A DNA stretch of 64,000 nt from Candidatus Latescibacterota bacterium (GTDB taxonomy: Bacteria > Latescibacterota > UBA2968 > UBA8231), in contig OZ244561.1 in the NCBI GenBank assembly GCA_965217585.1, positions 6,752,001 through 6,816,000 of the forward strand, in the 5' to 3' direction. Of the stretch, positions 39,624 to 49,766 are shown piece after piece. The notes under the pieces were generated by a model that saw nothing but the letters and a program-made list of their open reading frames with translations, had not been told where the DNA came from and did no database searches. The position numbers and the translations under genes are program-made. Positions within the stretch are counted from its first letter, which is position 1; every line of letters begins with the position of its first letter.

Positions 39624-41816
39624 CTATTCGAGTTTGACCATCTTGCGGATGCGCGTCTGCTCGCCTTGGTGTAGCCGCACCAGATAGACCCCAGCGGCGA
39701 CGGATTGCCCCTGTGCATCCCGACCATCCCAAGCCAGTCGGTGTTCGCCCGCCGCCAAGGGGCCATTCCACACTTGATGCACTGGCTGCCCCAAGACGTT
39801 GTAGATCGTTAAATCCACATCGCCAGCACCAGCCACCACCGATACGGGGATGGTCGTGGCCGGATTGAACGGGTTGGGATAGTTGGCACCAAGGACAAAG
39901 GCTGAGGGCGTGGTCGCCGTCTCGGCGGCGATAGCGGTAGCGGCTGGTACGCCTTGGTTGAGAAAGACGAAGGCCCCGCCATCGTCACCTTCCACACTCT
40001 GCCCCAACACCACCAAATCGGTCGCCCCATCGCCGTTGACATCGCCCGCGAGCACTTGATCGCCCATGCCCGGCAGGGGGTAGCGCCCTTCGACGACGGG
40101 CACCCCATCGCGCTGACCGACCAAGACGATCAGTGCCGGACCCGTCGCCGGGTTGATATCGACCACGGCCAAGTCCTGCAGACCATCGCCGGTCAGGTCA
40201 CTGGCAACGACCCCACCACCACCAGAATACGGATTCGACACGAGCACCTGCGGACCGAGCAGGGTGTGGCGTTCCACCTCGCCCGAGGCGTCCACCCGCC
40301 ACAGCACCAAACCGTGGTAGGTGGTGCGAAAATCAAAGTCGAAGAATAGATCGCGCTCGGACGTCCCAACCAACTCCACCGCCCCATCCCCATCCAAGTC
40401 GGTGAGCAGGCGCAGGTCACAGAGATTGACCTCGGCGTCAAAAAACAGCGGCGGTGGCTGGCTGGCCGCCCACGGCTGGGTCAGACGCCAAGCCCCCTGC
40501 TTGCACGATCGGGTCCACAACACGCGCACGGGCTCGCCCTCCGGTTGCCCTGCCAGCAGCCAAGGAAAGAGCTCTTCTTCGGTGTCGAGGTCAAACCGAT
40601 CGCTGTGGGCAAACCCAGCCGCGCCGTCATTGACCCACATAGTCACGTTGGACCATCGGTCGTCGAGGTCCTCGACGACCACCAGGTCCACATCGCCATC
40701 GCCGTCGCCATCGACTAGGCCACCGAACGAGACGTCGGATAGCTGCAGGATGGTTTCAAAGCCATTCTCGCCTCGGTTGTGCCACAATTCGAGGGCCAGA
40801 CCTTCACGAAAGGCCAGATCAAGCAGCCCATCCCCGTCCAAATCGCCCCCATCAAGCTCCCGCAACCTGCTTTCTGATAAAAGCACCTGTCGGGTGGGAA
40901 TCAAGCCGCCCAAACCGTCGCTGGACGCTACCGTCCAGCCCGATTGGCCCGTCCTCTCAAACGTCTCTTCGGTCACTTTGACGGTCGTGAAGTATAGCCA
41001 GACCACCACCAGATCGGCATCCCCATCGCCGTCCACATCGCCCAAAACACCTTGCGATAGTCCCTCACCGATACCCCGGCCCAGCACAGAAAAACGCGGG
41101 GCAGCGAACAACGCCCCGGGCAACCCGGCCGCGGCGTGTTCCCGAGGCTGCAATTCCCCCAGCAGCAACTCTTCGGCCCCCTCCAGTTGAATCCAATCCA
41201 CTTCGACAAAGGCCGGATGATCGGCCGGACTCTGTGGGTTTGAGTTTAACACGAGCTTGAGTTGCAAGTGGAAGAGGGTGTCTTGCCAAACGAGCGCGGT
41301 ATCCGCCCAGATGGTCGCAATCGGCTCTTGTCGTCTCGCTTCCAAACCGGCTTCCAAGGCGCGTATATCTATGGTGATGTTTTCCCATTCGATGGGATAG
41401 TATTGATAACGGCCCGTATAAAGCCCCGACAGGTCGGGCATTGCGCTTGGGTCCGCTTCCTGCTTGCGGCGTCTGGACTCGACATTGGACCAGTGCATCA
41501 GGAGGGTTCCCCCGGTAGGGCGATCATGGATGATGCGCAGCCGGAGGGTGACCCGGTCGAACAGGGCCGAGTCTTCCCCAATCAGCGGCGAGAGCAAGTT
41601 AATGGCCGGTCGTTGCGCGTTCGGCACCGGCGCAATGCGCCAGACGCCGTCTTCTACTTCGCTGTACACCGCGGTGGGAGTACCTCCACTGAGACTGCCT
41701 AAGTCGCTCTCGTGGGCGGTCCAGCCCCACGTGGTGCCCTCGTCAAAATCCCACGTTAAAGCCAAGGCTCCCAGCGGAGCCGACAACAATCCTATTGTAA
41801 TGAGCAAGCAGCGCAT
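39624..41816 (-). CDS. Secreted CBM-like + FG-GAP repeat + FlgD-Ig/CTD protein (A1)
   Basis: Signal peptide, WDFDEG..GW...VDWIQL domain, about six GDxDGDG.DL motifs, NYPNPFNP...WDGRD. Confidence 0.88.
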   Translation of the reverse strand: MRCLLITIGLLSAPLGALALTWDFDEGTTWGWTAHESDLGSLSGGTPTAVYSEVEDGVWRIAPVPNAQRPAINLLSPLIGEDSALFDRVTLRLRIIHDRPTGGTLLMHWSNVESRRRKQEADPSAMPDLSGLYTGRYQYYPIEWENITIDIRALEAGLEARRQEPIATIWADTALVWQDTLFHLQLKLVLNSNPQSPADHPAFVEVDWIQLEGAEELLLGELQPREHAAAGLPGALFAAPRFSVLGRGIGEGLSQGVLGDVDGDGDADLVVVWLYFTTVKVTEETFERTGQSGWTVASSDGLGGLIPTRQVLLSESRLRELDGGDLDGDGLLDLAFREGLALELWHNRGENGFETILQLSDVSFGGLVDGDGDGDVDLVVVEDLDDRWSNVTMWVNDGAAGFAHSDRFDLDTEEELFPWLLAGQPEGEPVRVLWTRSCKQGAWRLTQPWAASQPPPLFFDAEVNLCDLRLLTDLDGDGAVELVGTSERDLFFDFDFRTTYHGLVLWRVDASGEVERHTLLGPQVLVSNPYSGGGGVVASDLTGDGLQDLAVVDINPATGPALIVLVGQRDGVPVVEGRYPLPGMGDQVLAGDVNGDGATDLVVLGQSVEGDDGGAFVFLNQGVPAATAIAAETATTPSAFVLGANYPNPFNPATTIPVSVVAGAGDVDLTIYNVLGQPVHQVWNGPLAAGEHRLAWDGRDAQGQSVAAGVYLVRLHQGEQTRIRKMVKLE

Positions 41817-41904
41817 AATGCACCTCCAGAGTGAGGGGGTGGATGTAGTCGCCGGTCTAACCCCCTACTTCTATGCGCCCGACCAACGCAGTAGAACAGA
41901 AGCC

Positions 41905-41947
41905 AAAAAGCCCATGTGGTACCCGGCCCTAGAAGTGCCACATGGGC
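41905..41947 (-). terminator. Intrinsic terminator-like hairpin upstream of A1
   Basis: 13-bp stem GCCCATGTGG(C/T)AC with one mismatch, followed by TTTTT on the minus strand; perfect 15-bp homolog at 44354-44394. Confidence 0.6.
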
Positions 41948-42070
41948 CATACGTCTCAGCATGTACTACAGAACCACCCTCCTATTTGGACAGCCGCGAT
42001 ATACCCGGATGGTCCTGCGAGTATGGGATACACCTCCTTTCTGGTCGTAGGGATGATAGACTCGGGTCGT

Positions 42071-44266
42071 CTATTCAAGTTTGACCATCTTGCGGATGCG
42101 CGTCTGCTCGCCCATCTGCAACCGATATAAATAGACCCCGGCAGCGACGGATTTCCCCTGCGCGTCCCGGCCATCCCAAGCCAGCCGATGCTCACCCGCC
42201 GCCAGCGGACCATTCCACACCTGGCGCACCGGCTGCCCCAAGACGTTGTAGATAGTTAAATCCACATCGCCAGCTTCGGCAGGCACAGCAAAGGGGATCG
42301 TCGTGCCTGGATTGAATGGATTGGGATAGTTGGCACCGAGGACAAAGGCCGAGGGCGTGGCTGCTGTCTCGGCCGCGATAGCTGTGACTGCTGGAACACC
42401 TTGGTTGAGGAAGACGAAGGCCCCGCCATCGTCACCTTCCACGCTCCGCCCCAACACCACCACATCGGTCGCCCCATCGCCGTTGACATCGCCCGCGAGC
42501 ACTTGGCTACCCATGCCCGGCAGGGGGTAGCGCCCTTCGACGACGGGCACCCCATCGCGCTGACCGACCAAGACGATCAGTGCCGGACCCGTCGCCGGGT
42601 TGATATCGACCACGGCCAAATCCAGCAGACCATCGCCGGTCAGGTCACTGGCAACGACCCCACCACCACCAGAATACGGATTCGATACGAGCACCTGCGG
42701 ACCGAGTAGGGTGTGGCGTTCCACCTCGCCCGAGGCGTCCACCCGCCACAGCACCAAACCGTGGTAGGTGGTGCGAAAATCAAAGTCGAAGAATAGATCG
42801 CGCTCGGGCGTCCCAACCAACTCCACCGCCCCATCCCCATCCAAGTCGGTGAGCAGGCGCAGGTCACAGGGATTGCCCACGACGTCAAAAAACAGCGGCG
42901 GTGGCTGGCTGGCCGCCCACGGCTGGGTCAGACGCCAAGACCCCTGCTTGCACGATCGGGTCCACAACACGCGCACGGCCTCGCCCTCCGGTTGCCCTGC
43001 CAGCAGGAGACTACTGAACTCTTCTTCAGTGTCGAGGTCAAACCGATCACTGTGGGCAAACCCAGCCGCGCCGTCATTGACCCACATAGTCACGTTGGAC
43101 CATTGGGCGTCGAGGTCCTCGACAACCACCAGGTCCACATCGCCATCGCCGTCGCCATCGACTAGGCCACGGAACAAGACGTCGGATAGCTGCAGGATGG
43201 TTTCAAAGCCATTCTCGCCTCGGTTGTGCCACAATTCGAGGGCCAGACCTTCACGAAAGGCCAGATCGAGCAGCCCATCCCCGTCCAAATCGCCCCCCGC
43301 AAAATTCCGCAGCAACCCGCTTTCTGAGAAAAGCACCTGTCGGGTGGGAATCAAGCCGCCCAAACCGTCGCTGGACGCTACCGTCCAGCCCGATTGGTCC
43401 GTCATCTCAAACGTCTCTTCGGTCACTTGAACGGTCGTGAAGTATAGCCAGACCACCACCAGATCGGCATCCCCATCGCCGTCCACATCGCCCAAAACAC
43501 CTTGCGATATTGGGCCACCGATACCTTGGCCCAGCACAGAAAAACGCGGGGCAGCGAACAACGCCCCGGGCAACCCGGCCTCGACGATTTCCCGAGGCTG
43601 CAATTCCCCCAGCAGCAACTCTTCGGCCCCCTCCAGTTGAATCCAATCGACTTCGACAAAGGCCGGATGATCGGCCGGACTCTGTGGGTTTGAGTTTAAC
43701 ACGAGCTTGAGTTGCAAGTGGAAGAGGGTGTCCTGCCAAACGAGCGCGGTATCCCCCCAAATGGTCGCAATCGGCTCTTGTCGTCTCGCTTCCAAACCGG
43801 CTTCCAAGGCGCGTATATCTATGGTGATGTTTTCCCATTCGATGGGATAGTATTGATAACGGATCGTATAAAGCCCCGACAGGTCGGGCACTGCGCTTGG
43901 GTCCGCTTCCTGCTTGCGGCGTCTGGACTCGACATTGGACCAGTTCATCAGGAGGTTTCCCCCGGTAGGGCGATCATGGATGATGCGCAGCCGGAGGGTG
44001 ACCCGGTCGAACAGGGCCGAGTCTTCCCCAATCAGCGGCGAGAGCAAGTTAATGGCCGGTCGTTGCCCGTCCGGCACCGGCGCAATGCGCCAGACGCCGT
44101 CTTCTACTTCGCTGTACACCGCGGTGGGAGTACCTCCACTGAGACTGCCTAAGTCGCTCTCGTGGGCGGTCCAGCCCCACGTGGTGCCCTCGTCAAAATC
44201 CCACGTTAAAGCGAAAGCTCCAAGTGGTGCCGACAACAATCCTATTGTAATGAGCAAGTAGCGCAT
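42071..44266 (-). CDS. Secreted CBM-like + FG-GAP repeat + FlgD-Ig/CTD protein (A2), near-identical to A1
   Basis: Same architecture; start moved to ATG 44266 with GGAGG RBS. Confidence 0.88.
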   Translation of the reverse strand: MRYLLITIGLLSAPLGAFALTWDFDEGTTWGWTAHESDLGSLSGGTPTAVYSEVEDGVWRIAPVPDGQRPAINLLSPLIGEDSALFDRVTLRLRIIHDRPTGGNLLMNWSNVESRRRKQEADPSAVPDLSGLYTIRYQYYPIEWENITIDIRALEAGLEARRQEPIATIWGDTALVWQDTLFHLQLKLVLNSNPQSPADHPAFVEVDWIQLEGAEELLLGELQPREIVEAGLPGALFAAPRFSVLGQGIGGPISQGVLGDVDGDGDADLVVVWLYFTTVQVTEETFEMTDQSGWTVASSDGLGGLIPTRQVLFSESGLLRNFAGGDLDGDGLLDLAFREGLALELWHNRGENGFETILQLSDVLFRGLVDGDGDGDVDLVVVEDLDAQWSNVTMWVNDGAAGFAHSDRFDLDTEEEFSSLLLAGQPEGEAVRVLWTRSCKQGSWRLTQPWAASQPPPLFFDVVGNPCDLRLLTDLDGDGAVELVGTPERDLFFDFDFRTTYHGLVLWRVDASGEVERHTLLGPQVLVSNPYSGGGGVVASDLTGDGLLDLAVVDINPATGPALIVLVGQRDGVPVVEGRYPLPGMGSQVLAGDVNGDGATDVVVLGRSVEGDDGGAFVFLNQGVPAVTAIAAETAATPSAFVLGANYPNPFNPGTTIPFAVPAEAGDVDLTIYNVLGQPVRQVWNGPLAAGEHRLAWDGRDAQGKSVAAGVYLYRLQMGEQTRIRKMVKLE

Positions 44267-44462
44267 AATGCACCTCCAGCTGTGGGGGGAGTGTGAGCCT
44301 ATCAAACGCCCTACCTCTATTCGAGCGACAGACGCAGTAGACCAGAGGACCATTAGCCCATGTGGCACCCGGCCCTAGAGTGCCACATGGGCTATACCTC
44401 TCAGCACTTACTGCAGAACCATCCCCCTATTTGGATAGCCGCGATATCCCCCGGATGGTAGA

Positions 44463-44621
44463 TCACGGAGGACAGGTACAGGACGTATCCTTGACTACGC
44501 ATCCTTTATCAGGATGGTGGGCCCATTTCTTGTCCAACGAATTTGTAAGGATGTGATGGTGATCCCAGTCGCATATTACGTTGGAGCAGTGCCAGCCTTC
44601 GCTGCAGGGATCGGCCTGCGC
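44463..44621 (-). pseudogene. Start-less remnant of a small six-cysteine peptide gene
   Basis: Frame absent from the ORF track reads AQADPCSEGWHCSNVICDWDHHHILTNSLDKKWAHHPDKGCVVKDTSCTCPP*. Confidence 0.4.
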
Positions 44622-44624
44622 CCG

Positions 44625-45168
44625 CTCGGTGCAGCGTCGCCAGCCACGTCGTACCCGCTGAGTCGGTGGCTGCGTCGTACACCCGCCCTATGGGCTGATC
44701 CCCAATAGTCGTCGTACGCTCTACGCACCGATCCCCAACAAACCAGCCAATCCCCGCGCCGGTCAGGACCTGTATCGAGCCATCAGTCTGCGGTTGCAGG
44801 CTCAAAATGTCGTTGCAGGGCAGCCCGTGCTCGATGGTGTACACCTGAAACCCACGCGGGCCTAAGACAGCCAGTCCACCGCCGAGCGTACCGAAGAGGA
44901 GCCGTCCGTCTGTGTCCTCGGCAACGGTCATTACCGTCAGATGAGGTAGCCCCTCCCCCAAGCCAAAGGTATCGAAATGCTCCCCGTCGAACCGACTCAC
45001 CCCACCGTCGGCCGTGGCGATCCAGAGCAGCCCCCGGCGGTCCTGATAGACATCTTCCACTTGCATGCCGGCCAGCCCATCAGAAACGGTGTACCGGTGC
45101 CCCAGCACATGATTAAAGGACTTTATTTGTTTCGGGTTCTGTTCGGCTTGGCTCGTCTCGTCCACCAC
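44625..45168 (-). pseudogene. Truncated third paralog of the beta-propeller sensor
   Basis: DGLAGMQVEDVYQDRRGLLWIATADGGVSRFDG; homology to the activators stops after AGTTWLAT. Confidence 0.8.
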
Positions 45169-45265
45169 TGCCCTCTCTCTCCCTATCTATGTTTTAAAGT
45201 TCTACCGCATCGGCCTTGCTCTCTTGCTGCTGCGCTGCTGAGGAGATATAAACACATTGTAATAG

Positions 45266-45280
45266 GCACATTCCGTGCCA
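45266..45280 (-). promoter_or_regulatory. Sigma-54 (-24/-12) promoter 1
   Basis: TGGCACGGAATGTGC (GG-N10-GC) downstream of a sigma-54 activator gene. Confidence 0.8.
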
Positions 45281-45400
45281 AAAATTAGGGTGCCGACAAA
45301 AAAATCCTTTAGGACACCCTAAAGGATTGAAAAACATACGACTTAAAATATGGTACGGGTCTTTATATAATGCGTGGCCTCGCCATCAGCACAAGGCAAC

Positions 45401-45479
45401 ATACGATTTTCCGTATCCTCAATACGATTTTCCGTATCCTCAATACGATTTTCCGTATCCTCAATACGATTTTCCGTAT
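45401..45479. repeat. Tandem 21-bp repeat (4 palindromes), putative enhancer (UAS) array
   Basis: ATACGATTTTCCGTAT(CCTCA) starting at 45401, 45422, 45443 and 45464. Confidence 0.85.
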
Positions 45480-45630
45480 GCGCCGAGGCCCAGCCATCCC
45501 ATTTTCGCTCCACAGCATCGAGGCGGATAGAAGGAGCCGCGGGATAGACATAAAGTAAAGCTGTCCGCTTTGAAGACTTGGCTTTTGAGTTAGACGCGCG
45601 CTAGCTCCGGCTCCTGTAAGGAGTTGCCCT

Positions 45631-48600
45631 CTACTTGCCCGTGCTGGGCTTTTTTGGTCGTCGCAGTCCATAGTAGCGCATGCGAGAGCGCAGCTTCTCT
45701 GGGTTCATGCCCAACAAGCGCGCCGCACCCCGCTCGCCATAGATCATCCAATTGGTCGCTTGCAGCGCCTCCACAAGCTGCTGCTTTTCGTCCAAGCCTT
45801 CGCCAGCCGCTGGCGCTGGTGCCACTGCATCCCCAGCCCACCGACCAACCGACGGCAGCAGCAAATCGCCAGCGCGTATCACCCTGCCCTCGCACAGCAA
45901 AACCGCCCGATGGATCAGATGCTCCAGTTCGCGCACATTCCCCGGCCAAGCATACGCCTGCAAGTGCGCGACCACCCCGTCGTCTATCGTCGGCACCGGA
46001 CGCCGCAGGTGCTGAGCATACCGCTCGGCAAAATGCGCCGCCAAAGTCGGGATATCCTCTTGCCGCTGCCGCAGTGGCGGAAGCTCTAACGTAAAAACGC
46101 TCAAGCGGTAGAATAGGTCTTCGCGGAACGTGCCTTCCTGGATGGCCTGACGCAGATCGCGGTTGGTCGCCGCGATGACCCGCACATCCACGCGTACAGG
46201 CTGCTCGCCGCCGATGCGGGTCAGCACATTCTCCTCTAAGATGTTCAGCAACACCCGCTGAGAGTCCAACGGCAAATCGCCGATTTCATCCAGAAAGAGC
46301 GTGCCGCCATCGGCCAGTTCAAAGCGGCCGAGCTGACGGCTAGCGGCGCCGGTGAAGGCCCCCTTCTCGTGGCCGAACAACTCGCTTTCGACCAATCCAG
46401 CCGGCAGCGCCCCGCAATTGACTTGGATGAAAGGCCGCTCGCGGCGGGTGCTTGTTTCGTGGATGGTCTGCGCCAGTAAGCCCTTGCCGGTACCGGTCTC
46501 GCCTAGCACCAGCACGGTCATCGCTGTCTCGGCGACGCGCACAGTCTGTTCCAGCACTTGGCGCATAGCCCAGCTCTGACTATGCACGACGTGGTCAGTA
46601 GTTCGCAGCACGTTTTCAAGGGCGTGGATGCGTTCGGTTTTGGCGTCGGGGAGGACTCGAATCTCCACGCTGGCCACCTCGGACAGCAGACCATCGCGGT
46701 CCATCGTCCGCACCTCAAAGCGGTACTCGCCCACCGGTAGGGCGCTGTATGCGACGGTATTGGCGGCCGTAAACGCGCTCCACTGTTCCACCGGACCGTG
46801 GCCTAACAGACGATGGCTGTAGCGCATCTGCCCAGCGCCGGTGCGGAAGCTGATGCCTTGAAAGTAAATGCGGATTTCAGGGGTACTCTCTGGGCAGGAT
46901 ACGGCTTCGGGCGCGTCCAAGAGCGTGCCGGCCATCACCTCGCGGATGACCAAGCGCGGCGGCGTGTGTCCCGGCTGGTAAGCGACCAGTCCCGCCCGCG
47001 TCCCAAACCACAGCCGGCCGCGACGGTCGCACAGGACGGCTTCGACCATGTTTTCGAGAGCGGATGGTCCCAAGCGGATGCTCTGGAAGGTCTGGCCGTC
47101 GTAGCGGAGGACGCCGCCGCCGCTGGTGCCCATCCAGATATTGCCCTGCGAGTCGGCCGTCAGTGCCAAGATGCCATTGGCCGACAACCCAAACTGCTCG
47201 GCGGTAAAGTGACGCACCTTCCGCGACGCGAGATCAAGGGCGAAAAGTCCCTTGGCCGTGCCTATCCACAGGGTGTTTTGGTGCTCCCACAAGACGTTGA
47301 CATAGGCGATAGACTCTGCTTCGGCCATATCCGCCGGGCGCAAGTGCCCATCCTCGTAACAGTAGAGTGCCGGCACTTCTCCGTATGAACCGAGCCATAA
47401 TACTCCGTCTCGGTCTCGCAGCAGCGATCCGACCCAGAATACCCTGTCTTGGTCTTGTAGCAAGGTGCCGCATTCATCAAGGAGAATAAAGCGATTTTCC
47501 TCTATCCAGCCGAAGCGACCCTCGGACGTGCCGACCCAGATACGCCCTTGCCCATCTTCGCATAGCCCAGCGATTTCTTCGGGATGAGTCTCTTCGGACA
47601 CTGCGATCGCTTGTGGCATTTGGCCCTCCCACTTGTACACCTTGCCCGCATCCCCACCGCTCCAGACCTGCCCCTGGCCATCCACCACCATCGCCCAGAC
47701 GATTTCCCTTGTCTCGACCGGGTGGACTTGACCCTCTTCCATGCAGGCCATGCCCCCCATCGTGCCGATCCACATCCGTCCCTCGGAATCTTCACCCAAG
47801 TAGCGAATCTCGCGGTCGGGCAAACCGTCGGCTTCCGTGTAGCGACGGATGCTAGTCGGGTCACAAAAAATCAGTCCGCCACCCCAAAGCCCAATCCAAA
47901 TATTGCCCTCGCGATCCCCGTACGTCAGACGCGTAACCGAAAAGTCAACATCCGGCAAAGAAGCAGAAAAGGGATGCCACTCCTGCCCGTCATGCACCAC
48001 CACGCCCCGGTGGGTCAGCCAGAGCCAGCCCCTCTCGTCAGTCCGCACGTGCCGCGCCCCGCTCTGCGCCACCCCTTCGTCGCCCTTACCCACATTAATG
48101 CACGCAAAATGTTGGTCCCGTGGATCGTAGCGGCCGATCAAGACTTCGCTACCTGAGTAACTGAAGGCGATCCATAGATGGCCGGAGGGATCTTGGGCGA
48201 ACTTCCAAGGCCATTGGCCCGCCCCCTCGCCGATACCCATGCGCTGCCCATCCAAGCTGATAACGCCTCGGCTCATCGTCGCCAGCCAAGTGGTACCAGC
48301 CGCGTCGGTAGCCATATCGTACACCCGCCCCAACGGTTGGCCACCAATTTCAGTTATGCACTTTATACAGCGGCCTCGGCAAAACCAAGCTACGCCCGCG
48401 CCAGTCAGCACCAGAATCGAGCCATCCGGCTGGGCTTGCAGACCCAAAATCTCGTTAGAAGGCAGGCCGTGCTCGGTGGTGTACACCTGAAAGCCGCGCC
48501 CATCGTAGGCGGCAAGCCCCCCGCCGAACGTGCCGAACAGCAGCCGTCCGTCCGCCTCCTCGGCAATGGCCATGACCGTCAGATTGGGCAGACCGTCCTT

Positions 48601-48774
48601 GAGGCCAAACGTATCAAATCGGGCACTGTCGAACCGGCTGACGCCGCCGTCGGCCGTGGCGATCCAGAGAAAACCCTGGCGATCTTGGTAGATGTCTTCC
48701 ACGTGCATCCCAGCCAGTCCATCAAAGACCGTGTACTGGCTGCTCAACACATGCTCAAAGGATATGTCGCTCAT
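45631..48774 (-). CDS. Sigma-54 enhancer-binding protein with beta-propeller + Y_Y_Y sensor (copy 1)
   Basis: Reg_prop-type repeats (D..G.(L/I)W.GT), YSHRL...GEY.FEVR, GETGTGK, ESELFGHEKGAFTGA, DEIGD, WPGNVREL, C-terminal HTH. Confidence 0.93.
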   Translation of the reverse strand: MSDISFEHVLSSQYTVFDGLAGMHVEDIYQDRQGFLWIATADGGVSRFDSARFDTFGLKDGLPNLTVMAIAEEADGRLLFGTFGGGLAAYDGRGFQVYTTEHGLPSNEILGLQAQPDGSILVLTGAGVAWFCRGRCIKCITEIGGQPLGRVYDMATDAAGTTWLATMSRGVISLDGQRMGIGEGAGQWPWKFAQDPSGHLWIAFSYSGSEVLIGRYDPRDQHFACINVGKGDEGVAQSGARHVRTDERGWLWLTHRGVVVHDGQEWHPFSASLPDVDFSVTRLTYGDREGNIWIGLWGGGLIFCDPTSIRRYTEADGLPDREIRYLGEDSEGRMWIGTMGGMACMEEGQVHPVETREIVWAMVVDGQGQVWSGGDAGKVYKWEGQMPQAIAVSEETHPEEIAGLCEDGQGRIWVGTSEGRFGWIEENRFILLDECGTLLQDQDRVFWVGSLLRDRDGVLWLGSYGEVPALYCYEDGHLRPADMAEAESIAYVNVLWEHQNTLWIGTAKGLFALDLASRKVRHFTAEQFGLSANGILALTADSQGNIWMGTSGGGVLRYDGQTFQSIRLGPSALENMVEAVLCDRRGRLWFGTRAGLVAYQPGHTPPRLVIREVMAGTLLDAPEAVSCPESTPEIRIYFQGISFRTGAGQMRYSHRLLGHGPVEQWSAFTAANTVAYSALPVGEYRFEVRTMDRDGLLSEVASVEIRVLPDAKTERIHALENVLRTTDHVVHSQSWAMRQVLEQTVRVAETAMTVLVLGETGTGKGLLAQTIHETSTRRERPFIQVNCGALPAGLVESELFGHEKGAFTGAASRQLGRFELADGGTLFLDEIGDLPLDSQRVLLNILEENVLTRIGGEQPVRVDVRVIAATNRDLRQAIQEGTFREDLFYRLSVFTLELPPLRQRQEDIPTLAAHFAERYAQHLRRPVPTIDDGVVAHLQAYAWPGNVRELEHLIHRAVLLCEGRVIRAGDLLLPSVGRWAGDAVAPAPAAGEGLDEKQQLVEALQATNWMIYGERGAARLLGMNPEKLRSRMRYYGLRRPKKPSTGK

Positions 48775-48819
48775 ACTCGTCCTTCCGACGCTTTGGAGGT
48801 CCGGCCAAACGCCTCGGCT

Positions 48820-49720
48820 TACTCCACCGCCACCAATCGCTAGATCATGATCCCTTTCCGCGTCAAGGCGTAGGCCAAGATATTAACACCGAGGTCATAG
48901 TCGGCAACTCCTGGACCCACTCGCCAGCCATCGCTGGAGCGCAGCACAGCACGGCCAAGCCGAGCAAATAACACATCGCACTAATCATCTATCCAAGCCT
49001 CCAAACCCCATCTTTCTAACGTGCTCTGTATGGCAGGAGCCAGTTGCTGGAAGTGCAACGTCGGGCCCAGTTGTCCCAAACGGAGCGCGTCTCGCCCAAG
49101 CAATGGATTGAGACTCCGCACTTCGTTAGCCACGATGCAGACCTCTGTTACCCCCTCTTCGACATGCGATTGCAGGCACTCATACAGGATGTCGAACTCC
49201 GTCTTATTGATATATCCCATGAGTTCGAGGGATTGGATAAATAGAGAAAGCCTTTGAGGTTGCGCCGATCTTTTGGATCGACTACTACCATCGCCCGGTG
49301 CCGACCCGTGTCCAGCGCCTGCACATCCATTAACTCCAAGGACAAGTCGATCTCATCCGCGCCTTGCCGCACCCCTTCTAGCGCCCCAACCCGCAGTTGC
49401 GGGCCAATGTGCCGAGCGGGGAAATCCGGCACGGGCAACACCGGCCGTTCCGGCAGCGCCGCCGTCGGCAGCCGGGGAGCCGATGTCTGGAACATGGGTA
49501 GCGGGCGCGCCGCCGAGGGAGCGCTGCGGTGGCGGGCGCTTCGTAAACTTCACCATGATCGGCGGTAGGACGGTAAAGTGGGTGACCCGCTCGCGGGGCG
49601 TTATCCCGAAAATCACCAGCAGATGCAAGGCCAGCGATAACGCCAAGCAACTTTGGAGCTTTCTATTCTTCCAGAGCGGGACTTTCCATGGCCGTCTCAT
49701 CTGCCCACGTCCCTCCCATG
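48820..49720 (-). pseudogene. Mosaic of DUF4159 5' part, STAS gene, discoidin-gene 5' end and DUF4159 3' end
   Basis: Patches match 63212 onward, 35103-35355, 35040-35102 and 36845-36912. Confidence 0.8.
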
Positions 49721-49766
49721 CCGTCTTATCTTCGTTCGAGTTAAATAGCTCAACGAAACTTACCCA

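Noticed and set aside
39624-44266. Diversity-generating retroelement behind the A1/A2 differences
   Set aside because: No reverse transcriptase in the window; differences include indels and all bases and are spread over many loops rather than adenine-specific in one variable repeat
44390-44460. TPP riboswitch suggested by GCTGAGA
   Set aside because: The downstream CCTGA...TAAT...GCG.AGG half of the aptamer is absent and there is no thiamine context
45401-45479. 21-bp repeats as a CRISPR array, or the YDFPYPQ/RIRKIVL repeat ORFs as proteins
   Set aside because: The units are contiguous with no unique spacers; position and the equivalent array at 56436 fit enhancer sites, and the ORFs are not conserved in the second copy
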